From NCBI GenBank assembly GCA_965222375.1, contig CBDCTZ010000016.1, forward strand, positions 128,001-192,000: DNA of 64,000 nt, in the 5' to 3' direction. Of this stretch, positions 9,256-19,085 are shown piece after piece. The DNA comes from Polyangiaceae bacterium. GTDB lineage: Bacteria > Myxococcota_A > Polyangia > Polyangiales > Polyangiaceae. The position numbers and the translations under genes are program-made. Below the pieces are notes generated by a model, which did not search any database, was not told the origin of the DNA, and worked only from the letters and a program-made list of their open reading frames with translations. Position 1 is the first letter of the stretch. Each line of letters opens with the position of its first letter.

Positions 9256-10164
9256 GTGAAGTTGACACTGAGATCAGCCAGCTGGGTTGCGTTCCTGGCT
9301 CTCGCCACGGTCGCTTCGTCGGCCGAGGCCGAAGAAAAGGCACCCACCGCAGGGACCGAACACCGGCTGGTGTGGCAACCCGAGTGGCGTCGCTTCGACC
9401 TGATCGAGTACGTGGCCACCGCCGCGATCGTGGGCGCGTACTATGCGGTCGAGCTCGAAGCGCCCAAGCCAACCGAGGCCAATTGGTCGGGCGGGGTATT
9501 GATCGATGACGGTGTACGAAGCCCCATCGTGGGTTCAACCCGTGATGCGAGGAATCGCGCTGCGGATTTCGGCGACTTGCTGTTCCTTGTGCCGCCGGCT
9601 TGGGCGATCTTGGACGGCATCATCACCCCCTTGGCGACGGACCGCGGCAATCTCGAGGTTGCGTGGCAGATGACCGCGATGAACATTCAAGCCGTCGGGT
9701 TCGTGGGCCTGCTGACCCGGGCGGGCCATCGCTACATCGCCCGGGAGCGCCCGGACGTAAGTGATTGCGAGAAGGACAAGAGCTACAACCAAGTTTGTCT
9801 TCGCGGTTCCTACGCGAGCTTCCCCAGTGGTCACACCTCCGCCGCGGGCGTGGGCGCGGGGTTGATCTGCGCGCACCACCTGAACTTGCCGCTCTATGGC
9901 GGGGGCGCCCCGGATATCCTCACGTGTGGCGTCAATGTCGGGATGATGGCGCTGATCGGCTACTCGCGCCTCGTCGCCGACCGCCACTACGTGAGCGACG
10001 TCGTCGTTGGCGCGGGGCTCGGCTTTGGCGCCGGGTTCGCCCTGCCCGTCTTGCTGCACTACCAAGGCGTTGGAACCGGCTACACGGATGCCGGTCTGCG
10101 TTGGACCGTCGCGCCCTATGGAACAGAGGAAGGAGGCGGCCTGCAGCTAGTAGGAGGCTTCTGA
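9256..10164 (+). CDS. PAP2-family phosphatase
   Basis: ARERP, SFPSGH and SRLVADRHYVSDV motifs; signal peptide. Confidence 0.9.
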   Translation: MKLTLRSASWVAFLALATVASSAEAEEKAPTAGTEHRLVWQPEWRRFDLIEYVATAAIVGAYYAVELEAPKPTEANWSGGVLIDDGVRSPIVGSTRDARNRAADFGDLLFLVPPAWAILDGIITPLATDRGNLEVAWQMTAMNIQAVGFVGLLTRAGHRYIARERPDVSDCEKDKSYNQVCLRGSYASFPSGHTSAAGVGAGLICAHHLNLPLYGGGAPDILTCGVNVGMMALIGYSRLVADRHYVSDVVVGAGLGFGAGFALPVLLHYQGVGTGYTDAGLRWTVAPYGTEEGGGLQLVGGF

Positions 10165-10184
10165 GTTCGTGGTACATTGATGGG

Positions 10185-11378
10185 ATGCTGCGACGGGCGC
10201 TGCTGATCATGCTGCTGGGCGGCGCTCAGGCTTGTACGACCTTGCTGGGCGTCGACGGCGACTACGAAAACCAGGGCGCCGATGGGGGCGCGGGGGTCGC
10301 GGGGGCCGCGGGAGGTTTCGGCGGAGGCGTCGGCGCGACCGCGGGCATTGGCGGCAGTGCGAGCGGCGGTTTGGGGGGCAGCGGCGGTGCCGCCGGCAGC
10401 GGCGGATTGGGCGGCAGCGGCGGCGGCGGCGGCGTGGGCAATACCGGCAACGAGAACTGCACCAATGGCGTGGACGACGATGGAGACGACAAGGCGGATT
10501 GCGAGGACCTGGATTGCACCAGCGCCGGGTTCCGGTGTGTCGCGCTGCCTCCCGCGGGGTTCAAAGGGCCTGTGGTGTTCGGCGAAGCAAAGACCTTGGG
10601 CGGCTGCCCCAGCGTGTTTCCAGCCGAGGCGCTGAGCGGCGGGGACTCTGCCATCGCTGGTGCCACCCAGTGCGCCAAGTGCGGCTGCGGTCCCGTCACC
10701 GGAGCAACCTGCTCCACCAGCAACGTCACGGTGGAGTACTCAGGCAACGGCAGCTGCACCAACCTTCGCTGGACGAAGAAGCCGAACTCGTCCTGCTACA
10801 AGTCCGGCTTCACCCACTGCTCGGGCGGGTGCGCCTATCCCAGCTCGGCCAAGGTGATCTTCAGCGGGCCCACGGGTTCGTCCAGCTGCACCCCGAGCAA
10901 GGCAGGCAGCGACAACTTGCCTGCACCCTCCTGGGACACGGACATGCGCCTATGCAGCGCGCCATCCGGGGGCGGATGCGGCGCAAGCCAGTGCTTGCCA
11001 CCCTCCGACGCGCCCTACTCTCGCACCTGCATCTTCGCCGCGGGCGTGGTGCCGGCATGCCCGGCGCCCTATTCCGTTCGAACACTGATGAACGTGGGCT
11101 TCGTCGATACTCGGGGCTGCTCCACCTGCGGCTGCACGCCTGGCGCGCTGTCTTGTACCGCAACGGTCAAAGACTACCTCGCGAGCACGTGCTCGAGTTC
11201 CGGAACGACCCTATCCACGAGCTGCACGCCCGTGGAAGTGAGCGGCGGCGTGGTTTCCGACACACGAAGCATCGAGGTGACGAATCTCGCTGTCGCCGGA
11301 AGTTGCACTCCCGGCGGTGGCAGCCCCACGGGGTCCGTGAGCGCCAAGGACCCCTACTCGGTGTGTTGCTTGCCCTAG
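10185..11378 (+). CDS. Gly-linker, Cys-rich lipoprotein
   Basis: MLRRALLIMLLGGAQAC lipobox; Gly-rich linker; ENCTNGVDDDGDDKADCEDLDC Ca-binding-like motif; Cys-rich body. Confidence 0.8.
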   Translation: MLRRALLIMLLGGAQACTTLLGVDGDYENQGADGGAGVAGAAGGFGGGVGATAGIGGSASGGLGGSGGAAGSGGLGGSGGGGGVGNTGNENCTNGVDDDGDDKADCEDLDCTSAGFRCVALPPAGFKGPVVFGEAKTLGGCPSVFPAEALSGGDSAIAGATQCAKCGCGPVTGATCSTSNVTVEYSGNGSCTNLRWTKKPNSSCYKSGFTHCSGGCAYPSSAKVIFSGPTGSSSCTPSKAGSDNLPAPSWDTDMRLCSAPSGGGCGASQCLPPSDAPYSRTCIFAAGVVPACPAPYSVRTLMNVGFVDTRGCSTCGCTPGALSCTATVKDYLASTCSSSGTTLSTSCTPVEVSGGVVSDTRSIEVTNLAVAGSCTPGGGSPTGSVSAKDPYSVCCLP

Positions 11379-11386
11379 GGCTCGGG

Positions 11387-11438
11387 ACGCCGACTCCATC
11401 TCGAACTCCAGTGGGGCGTAGAGCGCGGTAGCGTCGTC
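11387..11438. repeat. Diverged direct-repeat copy of the kinase 3' end (12461-12512)
   Basis: 45/52 identical by manual alignment; encodes DDATALYAPLEFEMESA versus the kinase's DDTTALYVPVEIEMESA. Confidence 0.85.
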
Positions 11439-11443
11439 TGTGC

Positions 11444-12304
11444 TCACCGTGCGTAGTACACGCTGCCGCCGTTGGAGTAGGCAATGTGCGGCCCGCCGCT
11501 CTTATCAGCAGCAATCGCCACGAAGGTGCCTGGCGACACGGTTAGCGCCTTGTAGCCGTCGCCGGAGTTCGCGTAGTGCACGTTCTTCGTAACGTTGTCC
11601 TTGTACACGACGTGAGCGCGCCCCGTCGGGTCGAAGGAGACATCGCAGTAGTAAGAAGAGTTCGAGGTTACGGTGTCCGTCGTCCAGCTCGAGCCGGCGC
11701 GCGCCAGCTTCACACCAACCGAAGGAGCGCAATACAGGACACCGCGGTGCGTGCCCTCGATATCCAGAGTCGTGGCGGCGCCCTTGATGCCCGAGGCGAT
11801 CACTGCGGAGCTGTACTTCACTCCGTCGTGGACGACTTCTTTGATGCCACCGTAGGAGTCGTCATAGCCGACGTGCAGCTTGCCCGCCGCGTCAACGCCC
11901 GCTCCAAAGCGCGGCCCGGCGTAGCCATGAGCGCCCAGGTAGTCCCAACCGCTACCCGAGTATTTGTAGGCGCGCGTGTCACCACCGTTGTTCGAGTAGT
12001 CGCCGTTCCAAGATAGAAACACGCCTCCGGCTCCTGCAACGATCCGACTCGTTGACGAGCAGCAGCCTGGATTCGTCACGTCGTCGATGGAAAAGCCCGT
12101 CGGCGAAGGGCGCGCGACTTTCAGGCGAAACGTAGCTTCGTAGGTTTGGTAGGCGACCCATGGAGACTGCGTGCCGTCGAGGGCGATCGTCGCATGGCGG
12201 TAGGCCGCCGTGTCGATGACCTTCCTGGTCCAGGTGCCTCCGCTCTTCTTGGCGTAGTCCGCGACCCAACCGGGAACCGGGATGATCCTGTGTTCGCATC
12301 GCAC
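11444..12304 (-). pseudogene. Probable 5'-truncated beta-propeller-like repeat gene
   Basis: Repeats such as IALDGTQSPWVAY, VSFDPTGRAHVVY and IAADKSGGPHIAY; begins mid-repeat; no signal peptide; in-frame TGA two codons above the GTG. Confidence 0.5.
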
Positions 12305-12458
12305 GCATCACGTCGCGCCGCGCAATCGGCGTGCCGACGGATGGAACACCACAAACCGTAGGGATTTTACCAGGCCTCACAGCTGGCCGTGGCACGCCGT
12401 GCCCGATCAAGCTCGAGGCTGGAGCGCACCTGCCCCACTAGAGTCAGGCGGGCCGCGG

Positions 12459-13511
12459 CTACGCCGACTCCATTTCGATCTCCACGGGGACGTAGAGCGC
12501 GGTCGTGTCGTCGTCGGCAAAGGGATTGTCGGACGAGACTTCTCGATGCGACACGCTTTGAGAGGAATCCACCATCCGAGTCAGCTCTAGGCCGAGATCG
12601 CGATCCGCAGGCCAGCCCCGGCCTGCTGCCGCATCCGCGAATAGCAGAGCCAGGCTTCGAACGCTGAAAGGGCGACGATTGGGGTCGCGCTGCAGGCAGG
12701 CCATCACGACGCTGGCGATGCTTTCGGGTACGGACGGCGCTTCTTCGGAGAGATATGGGATCTCCGCCCGCATGACTTGGGCGATGGTTTCACCGAAGTT
12801 GTGCGTCGAAAACAAGCGCCTTCCCGCAAGAGCTTCCCAGGCCATGACGCCCAACCCCCAAACGTCTGCACGGTGATCGACCTCCCGCGGCGACGCGACC
12901 TGCTCCGGGGATAGATATGCGGGTGTTCCTTTGACCTTGCCGGCCTGGGTCCGACACTGCCGCTTGCGAGCGCGCGACGCAGACAAGTCGATCAGCTTGA
13001 CGCGGCCGTCGTAGCCAACGAGCACGTTGTTGGGCTTGACGTCGCGGTGCACGATATGGAGCGGGCGGCCGCGAGAGTCGGTTGCCGAATGCGCAGCGTG
13101 AAGACCCGCAGCAACTCGCGCTAGCACGGCATAGTGAAACCCGTGGGGAACCAAACGCTGAGATCGCCAGCTCGCGCTGAGGATCGACGCGTAGGTGCGA
13201 CCGTCGACAGCCTCGACGGCGATGTACGGAATACCCTGCCAGGTACCTCGAGACACGAAACGGACGACGTTGGGGTGATCGATGCGATCGAGAGCGCGGG
13301 CCTCGTCATAGAGCATGGCGTGGGCCTCGGGTCGCACCGCCAGTTCCGGGTGAAGCAACTTCAGGGCGTAGCGAGGACGCTGGTCGTCCTGGACGTCGGC
13401 GACGATGTACACCGTGGACACGCCGCCTTGCCCAACGGCCCGCAGCACTAGGTACTCGTTGACCATGTCACCCATGGTTGGCAGATCTGAGGCTAGGCCC
13501 TGGCGTCGCAT
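12459..13511 (-). CDS. Hanks-type Ser/Thr protein kinase
   Basis: GQGGVSTV, ALK, HRDVKPNN, GTPAYLSPEQ and DVWGLG; DFG replaced by DLS. Confidence 0.92.
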   Translation of the reverse strand: MRRQGLASDLPTMGDMVNEYLVLRAVGQGGVSTVYIVADVQDDQRPRYALKLLHPELAVRPEAHAMLYDEARALDRIDHPNVVRFVSRGTWQGIPYIAVEAVDGRTYASILSASWRSQRLVPHGFHYAVLARVAAGLHAAHSATDSRGRPLHIVHRDVKPNNVLVGYDGRVKLIDLSASRARKRQCRTQAGKVKGTPAYLSPEQVASPREVDHRADVWGLGVMAWEALAGRRLFSTHNFGETIAQVMRAEIPYLSEEAPSVPESIASVVMACLQRDPNRRPFSVRSLALLFADAAAGRGWPADRDLGLELTRMVDSSQSVSHREVSSDNPFADDDTTALYVPVEIEMESA

Positions 13512-13667
13512 GTTTTCGCTCCGTTCCGGCGCGCTGCACCTGACTCCGAGCTTTGCAGCGTGCGTACCAAGCGCGGATTGGACAAAAGCCCGAAAATAGC
13601 AGTGAAGCCGGTCTGCTAGCCCAGACCGGCTGTGGGGCGGAGAGCACCAACCCCGGGGCGCTGGCCC

Positions 13668-14408
13668 CTACTCGACGTCTACTTCGAGCTGTTTCGAGAT
13701 CCGGCGCACGCCAGCGTGCACGGCGCTGCGGACCTGCGAAATGTAGTCGGCCCAGGCGGCGTCAGAGCCGGAAGCCCCAGCCTTGGCGGCGACAGCTTCG
13801 CTGCTCTCCGCTTGTATCGCCGCCGTGCACAGGACGGCCAGCTTGCCCATCTCGGCGATGTAAAGCGTACCCGCGAACACGCCGCCCTCGTACTTGTCGC
13901 CTTTCAGCACGGGGCCTTTGCGGGTCTCGGCCTGCAACACGCCAACGTGGGTGTAGTCGCGCTCGAGCTTCTTGGCGTTCCACAGCGCGTCGATGACTTC
14001 CTGCTTGGTCGAAGCTCGGGCCGCAGGCGCCAAGATGCGGAAAGACGGCGTGGTCAGTCCTTTGAACCGCGCGCCTTGGCCGGAATACCAATCCGAGTCC
14101 GGGCGCACGAAGCGCTCGAGGAAACCGCGTTCGACAACCACAAGGCGCCCGGGGTCGCCCTTCAACGCCTTGGCAATCTGCGCGTCTGGGCACGGTTTGT
14201 CTGACGGCTCGGCGCTAGCGGGCACCGCCTGGAACAACTTCGCAAGTCGAGCGTCCCGGGCGAGTAGCGCCTGCCGGTTTTCATCTCGCTCCGGACTGGC
14301 ACTGGGCTCCGACCCGGATTCGCTTTTGGAGCATGCCCATGGGCCACTGATCAGGCATGCGAGCGCTGACATCCGAACCGCACTGCCCAGACCTTTCACA
14401 CCATTCAT
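13668..14408 (-). CDS. Hypothetical lipoprotein
   Basis: Start ATG 14408 or 14372; PWAC-SKS lipobox-like sequence. The longer track ORF overlaps the opposite-strand gene. Confidence 0.65.
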   Translation of the reverse strand: MNGVKGLGSAVRMSALACLISGPWACSKSESGSEPSASPERDENRQALLARDARLAKLFQAVPASAEPSDKPCPDAQIAKALKGDPGRLVVVERGFLERFVRPDSDWYSGQGARFKGLTTPSFRILAPAARASTKQEVIDALWNAKKLERDYTHVGVLQAETRKGPVLKGDKYEGGVFAGTLYIAEMGKLAVLCTAAIQAESSEAVAAKAGASGSDAAWADYISQVRSAVHAGVRRISKQLEVDVE

Positions 14409-14526
14409 CCAGCTCGAGCACTTCAAGCTCAACGCCGTGAGATTAGCGGCTTTTCGGGGGACGCGGGAAGCAGTGTGACGGGCCTCGCTCTGTCGCGCTG
14501 ACGCGCTTTCGTCTAGCGTAGCGGGC

Positions 14527-15078
14527 ATGAGATCGACCATCGCTGCGTTGGCACTCCTCTGCGTCGCCTTGTCGGGGTGCAAGAAGGATCCCAAAGCGGG
14601 TGAGGCCTGCAAGACCGAGGGCGAGGCTGCCTGTAAAGACAAGACGGGTATCCTGACCTGCAAGAGCGGCAAGTGGGAAGAGGTCGCCTGCAAAGGGCCC
14701 ACCGGGTGCGCGGCCCAGGGTACCATTGTGAAGTGCGATGAATCCCTGGCTCAGGAGGGCGACGCCTGCGGCAACCCCGATGGGGATCACTACTCCTGCT
14801 CCGTGGACAAGACCCACGAGCTGAAGTGCGAGGCCGGCAAGTGGAAGAAGATCGGCAAGTGCGGTGGTCCGAAGGGCTGCGTACCGGGCGCGGTCATGAT
14901 CGACTGCGACAATAGCGTTGCCGCCGTTGGCGATCTCTGCGGCAAGGACGGCGACGCCGCCTGCGCGACGGACAAGAAGTCCATCCTGGAGTGCAAGGGC
15001 GGCAAGTTCGCCGAATCGCAGAAGTGCGAAGAAAGCACCTCCTGCAAGTCCGAGGGCTTGTTCGTGAAGTGCGAGTGA
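14527..15078 (+). CDS. Lipoprotein with three tandem 6-Cys repeats
   Basis: LSGC lipobox; three ~55-aa units; strongly GC3-biased codons. Confidence 0.85.
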   Translation: MRSTIAALALLCVALSGCKKDPKAGEACKTEGEAACKDKTGILTCKSGKWEEVACKGPTGCAAQGTIVKCDESLAQEGDACGNPDGDHYSCSVDKTHELKCEAGKWKKIGKCGGPKGCVPGAVMIDCDNSVAAVGDLCGKDGDAACATDKKSILECKGGKFAESQKCEESTSCKSEGLFVKCE

Positions 15079-15105
15079 GCCGCTAGCCTCGTCCCTCAGG
15101 GCGGC

Positions 15106-16929
15106 TCAGTGTTGCAAACTGGCCAGGTCGATGCTGCCGCGGTGGCTGCGTTTCATCTTCTTGGTGAGCTCGACCACGAACGGGTGCTCGCGGTCGATGG
15201 CGCGCAGGTCGTAGACGAGGTGGGCGAGCATCTGGCGATCGCCTAGCAGCGCCAAAGCGGTGGCTTGCTCGCGGGTCCGAGAAGCGAGTATTTCGAGGGT
15301 TGCTTCGTCGTTGTAGCCATCCCGAGTGGCGGCTTCGAAAACCCGGCGGGACGAATCCAGACCTTTGCGAAACGCCACACGACGATCCGAGCGACCTCGC
15401 GCGTGGGGCGCGAAGCCCATCCAAAGCGCTTGGGGCACCACGTGGTGGACCAGGCGTCGATCCCACTCGGGGTCCAACTCCACGTACAACGGGCGAAGAT
15501 CCGAGAGACTGGAAAGAGCGTATTCGTGGGGTCGACCCGCGAGTGACATGTCGCGAATCAATGGCGCGAGCCCGGGTTCGAGAGCGAGGAGGCGCCGAGC
15601 AACGCTGCCGCGATCCAGAAGTGGGGTCGGGACCACGACGACATCTGGACGGGCGCCTCGAACCGTTCGCGCTGCCCAGAGCCGCCAAGCCACGGCCTCG
15701 TTCTGAACCAACACGAGACTGCGGGGCGGAAGTCGGCCAAGAGCTTCATCAGTCCACACGTCCGCCGCCAATTGGCTCCGACGATTGGCTACGTAGGATG
15801 AATCCTCCGCGGTCATCAGAACCAGCGTGACCTGGAACGCAACCAGCAGCGCGGCGATGGGGCGCCCGAAAGGCAGCTTCGCGTGCATCGCGAGGAAGGC
15901 CACCGAGTGCACGCCGAGCACGGAGAGAACGGCAGCAACCGCCAAGGCGTTCAATCGCACGGCGGCAAGAGAATCAGGCGCCAACATGCCCGTCGTGCTA
16001 GCGGGAAAAGCCAGATCTGCGACGACGAGGGCGCACAGCGGCGCCACGATCCAGCGGGTCCGGGCGCGAGCCAGGCCCCACAGAGCTCCGACCGCGGCGA
16101 GGGTCATCGAGATGATGCCCGCTTCCTTCAGCCACACCGCCAGGGCGCCCGGGCGATCCGCGGCCGAGTCTGGCGCAACGGCGCCGACGGCAGAGAGCCC
16201 GAGCCCCAAGTGGATCCAGGCGCGCTCGGATAGCGCGCGCAAAAGCATTGGCGCCAAGCACAGTGCCGCGGTGAAGGCGGCGCCGCACACCGCAAGCACG
16301 ACGCTGCGCCGCGACGGCGCGTCGCCCAGCACGCCCACTTGAACCGCGAGCGCAAACAGCAGCGCAACTCCCGCAGCGTGACTCTCCAAAGTGGTCAGCG
16401 CCACGAAGGCGCCAAAGCCGAGCCAAACGCGCGCGTCATGGCGCTGGGCAGTGGGTCGCAAGAGTAGGCCCAACAAAACGAGGGACGCCGCCAGCGGCGC
16501 GCCACCAGCAATCGTGCCTTCCAGCTGCACAGAGGAGGAGAGTGCCGCCGTCAGAGAAGCGGCTAAGGCCAGCCACGGCGTGAGCCGCGGAGTCCAGGCG
16601 TTGTGCTCCATCACGCGGTTGGCGAGGACGAACACCAGGCGAGAGAGCAGCGCTACGCCGATCACACCGACGAGGCTGGCGCGGGAGATGCGCCCACCGA
16701 ATGGCAGCAGGCTGAGCAACTGCATCGCCACGCTCGACAGCACGCCCTCGCCGCCAAAGGGCACGAAGCCCAGCCCTCGAACGATCGGCATATCGTCCCG
16801 CCACTGGGTCGACCCGGTGGCACGCCACAGGGTCAACCCCAGGGGCAGCGCGAAGGAGAGCCACGCCGCCACGCCATGGAGCGGGCTGCGCTCACGGCAT
16901 TCAGGCAGGGGGCCGGCCTCGACACTCAC
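15106..16929 (-). CDS. Polytopic membrane protein, possibly a DUF2723/TMEM260-like GT-C glycosyltransferase
   Basis: N-terminal QWRDD after the first TM helix; about 10 TM helices; C-terminal ARPDVVVV soluble domain. Confidence 0.55.
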   Translation of the reverse strand: MSVEAGPLPECRERSPLHGVAAWLSFALPLGLTLWRATGSTQWRDDMPIVRGLGFVPFGGEGVLSSVAMQLLSLLPFGGRISRASLVGVIGVALLSRLVFVLANRVMEHNAWTPRLTPWLALAASLTAALSSSVQLEGTIAGGAPLAASLVLLGLLLRPTAQRHDARVWLGFGAFVALTTLESHAAGVALLFALAVQVGVLGDAPSRRSVVLAVCGAAFTAALCLAPMLLRALSERAWIHLGLGLSAVGAVAPDSAADRPGALAVWLKEAGIISMTLAAVGALWGLARARTRWIVAPLCALVVADLAFPASTTGMLAPDSLAAVRLNALAVAAVLSVLGVHSVAFLAMHAKLPFGRPIAALLVAFQVTLVLMTAEDSSYVANRRSQLAADVWTDEALGRLPPRSLVLVQNEAVAWRLWAARTVRGARPDVVVVPTPLLDRGSVARRLLALEPGLAPLIRDMSLAGRPHEYALSSLSDLRPLYVELDPEWDRRLVHHVVPQALWMGFAPHARGRSDRRVAFRKGLDSSRRVFEAATRDGYNDEATLEILASRTREQATALALLGDRQMLAHLVYDLRAIDREHPFVVELTKKMKRSHRGSIDLASLQH

Positions 16930-17050
16930 CTCGCTTGGGTGCCAGAACCTGGAAAACCGGCCCAGTTTTCGGGGCCCCACATTCCGGACTTTTGGCCGGA
17001 ATGCTCGAATTCTTCCCCACTCCTGCCCTGCTTGGCTTAAGCCACCATCC

Positions 17051-18943
17051 GTGGCCCGCTTCATCGACGAGCTCAAGAGGACTCATGACAACGGCGCTCT
17101 GGGCGCCGACAACATCGGTAACGAGGTCGTGCTGTTTGGCTGGGTGGAAAGCCGCCGAGATCACGGCAACCTGATCTTCATCGATCTGCGCGACCGGGAA
17201 GGCATCACGCAAATCGTCTTCGATCCGGAATCTTCCGCCGAAGCACACACGCTCGCGGAGCAGATCCGCCCGGAATGGGTCGTCGGCATCCGTGGAAAAG
17301 TTCGGTCCCGGGGAGAGCAGTTCAGCAAGAAGGAGAACAAGATGGTCTCCGCAGCGAACCCCAATCTGGCCACGGGCGAGATTGAGGTCGAAGTGCTGGA
17401 GGCCTCGGTGTTCAACCGTTCGGAGACGCCGCCCTTCGAAATCGCCGACGACATCGACACCCGCGAGGAGATCCGCCTGCAGTACCGCTATCTGGATCTA
17501 CGCCGGCCCGCGCTCCAGCGCAGCTTGCGCATGCGTCACTCGATCAACCACGCCACGCGCAACTACTTGTCCAGTCAAGGCTGTCTCGAGATCGAAACAC
17601 CATTCTTGGTCAAATACACGCCCGGAGGTGCACGCAACTTCCTGGTTCCCTCCCGACTCAGCCCCGGCAAGTTCTACGCTCTGGCCGAGAGCCCTCAGAT
17701 CTTCAAGCAGCTGTTCATGGTCGCCGGCTACGAGCGTTACTACCAGATCGTGCGCTGCTTTCGAGACGAGGACCTGCGCCTCGATCGCCAGCCCGAGTTC
17801 ACGCAGATCGACATCGAAATGTCCTTCGTGAACCAGGACGACATCTTCGACCTAGTTGAAGGCCTGATCTTCGCCGTCTGGAAGGCCGCGCTGGATATCG
17901 ACCTCAAAAAGCTCTACCCAGATGGTCGTTTTCCCCGAATGAAGTTCGATGACTCGATGCGAGATTACGGCAACGACAAGCCCGACCTGCGCTTCGACAT
18001 GAAGCACTTCGACCTGACCCAGCTGGTGGTCGAGCACGCGGGTGGCGGGATCCCGTTCTGGAAACCCATCGCGGAAAAATTCGCCTCGGGCGCGTACCGC
18101 CCGGACTTGCCTGCGGAAATCGTGAAATGCATGCGCGTGCCCAAGGACGCGGGGCTCTCGCGCACGGACACGGACAAGCTCGAGGCGCTCGCCAAAAACC
18201 TCGGCGCAGCGGGGCTGGCGCGGGCCAAGGTGGCGGCGGACGGCAGCTGGACTCAATCGCCCCTGGCCAAGAGCATCACTCCTGAGCTGCGCAGCGCCAT
18301 CAATGCCGCGGCGGGCGCCGGCGAAGGCGACTTGCTGCTGTTTCAGTTCGGTAAAGCAAGCCTGGTCCACATGGTGTTGGCCAACCTGCGGGTACACCTG
18401 GCCAAGAAGCTCGGCATGATTCCAGATGTCGGGCACGGCAATCAGTGGAACTTCTTGTGGGTGGTCGATCCACCACTGTTCGAGCACGACGAAGCCACCG
18501 ACAGCTGGGTCGCCGCGCACCACGCCTTCACTCGGCCCCACGACGAAAGCGTGCCTCTGATCGATTCAGATCCGGGCAAGGTGCTCTGCTATCGATACGA
18601 CTTGGTGCTCAATGGTTTCGAGGTCGCGGGCGGCTCCATTCGTCTGCACGACCCAGAGGTGCAAGCCAAAGTGTTTGCCGCCCTCGGCATCGAGGACGAG
18701 GACGCTCAAGAGAAGTTCGGCTTCCTTCTGTCAGCCTTGCGCTTTGGGGCACCGCCCCACGGCGGCATCGCCTTGGGCATGGATCGCCTCGCCATGCTCC
18801 TAGCGGGTTCGGACAGTATTCGCGACGTGATCGCGTTCCCCAAGACGCAGAAGGGCACGGACGTGATGAGTGACGCGCCCAATGCCGTCAGCCCAGAGCA
18901 ATTGGCCGAGCTGCACGTCCGCAGTGTCGCGCCGGATAGCTGA
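17051..18943 (+). CDS. aspS: Aspartate--tRNA ligase, probably non-discriminating (Asp/Asn)
   Basis: RRDHGNLIFIDLRD, FRDEDLR..RQPEFTQ and PPHGGIALGMDR; the His in DHG is typical of ND-AspRS. Confidence 0.97.
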   Translation: MARFIDELKRTHDNGALGADNIGNEVVLFGWVESRRDHGNLIFIDLRDREGITQIVFDPESSAEAHTLAEQIRPEWVVGIRGKVRSRGEQFSKKENKMVSAANPNLATGEIEVEVLEASVFNRSETPPFEIADDIDTREEIRLQYRYLDLRRPALQRSLRMRHSINHATRNYLSSQGCLEIETPFLVKYTPGGARNFLVPSRLSPGKFYALAESPQIFKQLFMVAGYERYYQIVRCFRDEDLRLDRQPEFTQIDIEMSFVNQDDIFDLVEGLIFAVWKAALDIDLKKLYPDGRFPRMKFDDSMRDYGNDKPDLRFDMKHFDLTQLVVEHAGGGIPFWKPIAEKFASGAYRPDLPAEIVKCMRVPKDAGLSRTDTDKLEALAKNLGAAGLARAKVAADGSWTQSPLAKSITPELRSAINAAAGAGEGDLLLFQFGKASLVHMVLANLRVHLAKKLGMIPDVGHGNQWNFLWVVDPPLFEHDEATDSWVAAHHAFTRPHDESVPLIDSDPGKVLCYRYDLVLNGFEVAGGSIRLHDPEVQAKVFAALGIEDEDAQEKFGFLLSALRFGAPPHGGIALGMDRLAMLLAGSDSIRDVIAFPKTQKGTDVMSDAPNAVSPEQLAELHVRSVAPDS

Positions 18944-19000
18944 AGGGCCGCAACCCGAGACGCAAGCGCGAGAGTAGCGCTCCAGCGCCGCCCCAGGGCT

Positions 19001-19029
19001 CACCCCTTCGGGTGTTGCCCCTTCGGGCA
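19001..19029. repeat. Two adjacent short hairpins between convergent genes
   Basis: CACCC-CTTC-GGGTG followed by TGCCC-CTTC-GGGCA. Confidence 0.45.
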
Positions 19030-19085
19030 TCGCGAAGCGCGTCACAAGCGCGTCGACCCCAACCCAAGCTAGGGCAGCGAAATCC

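Noticed and set aside
16391..17050. Apparent 220-aa N-terminal extension of AspS
   Set aside because: Overlaps the opposite-strand membrane gene; AspS similarity starts at GTG 17051.
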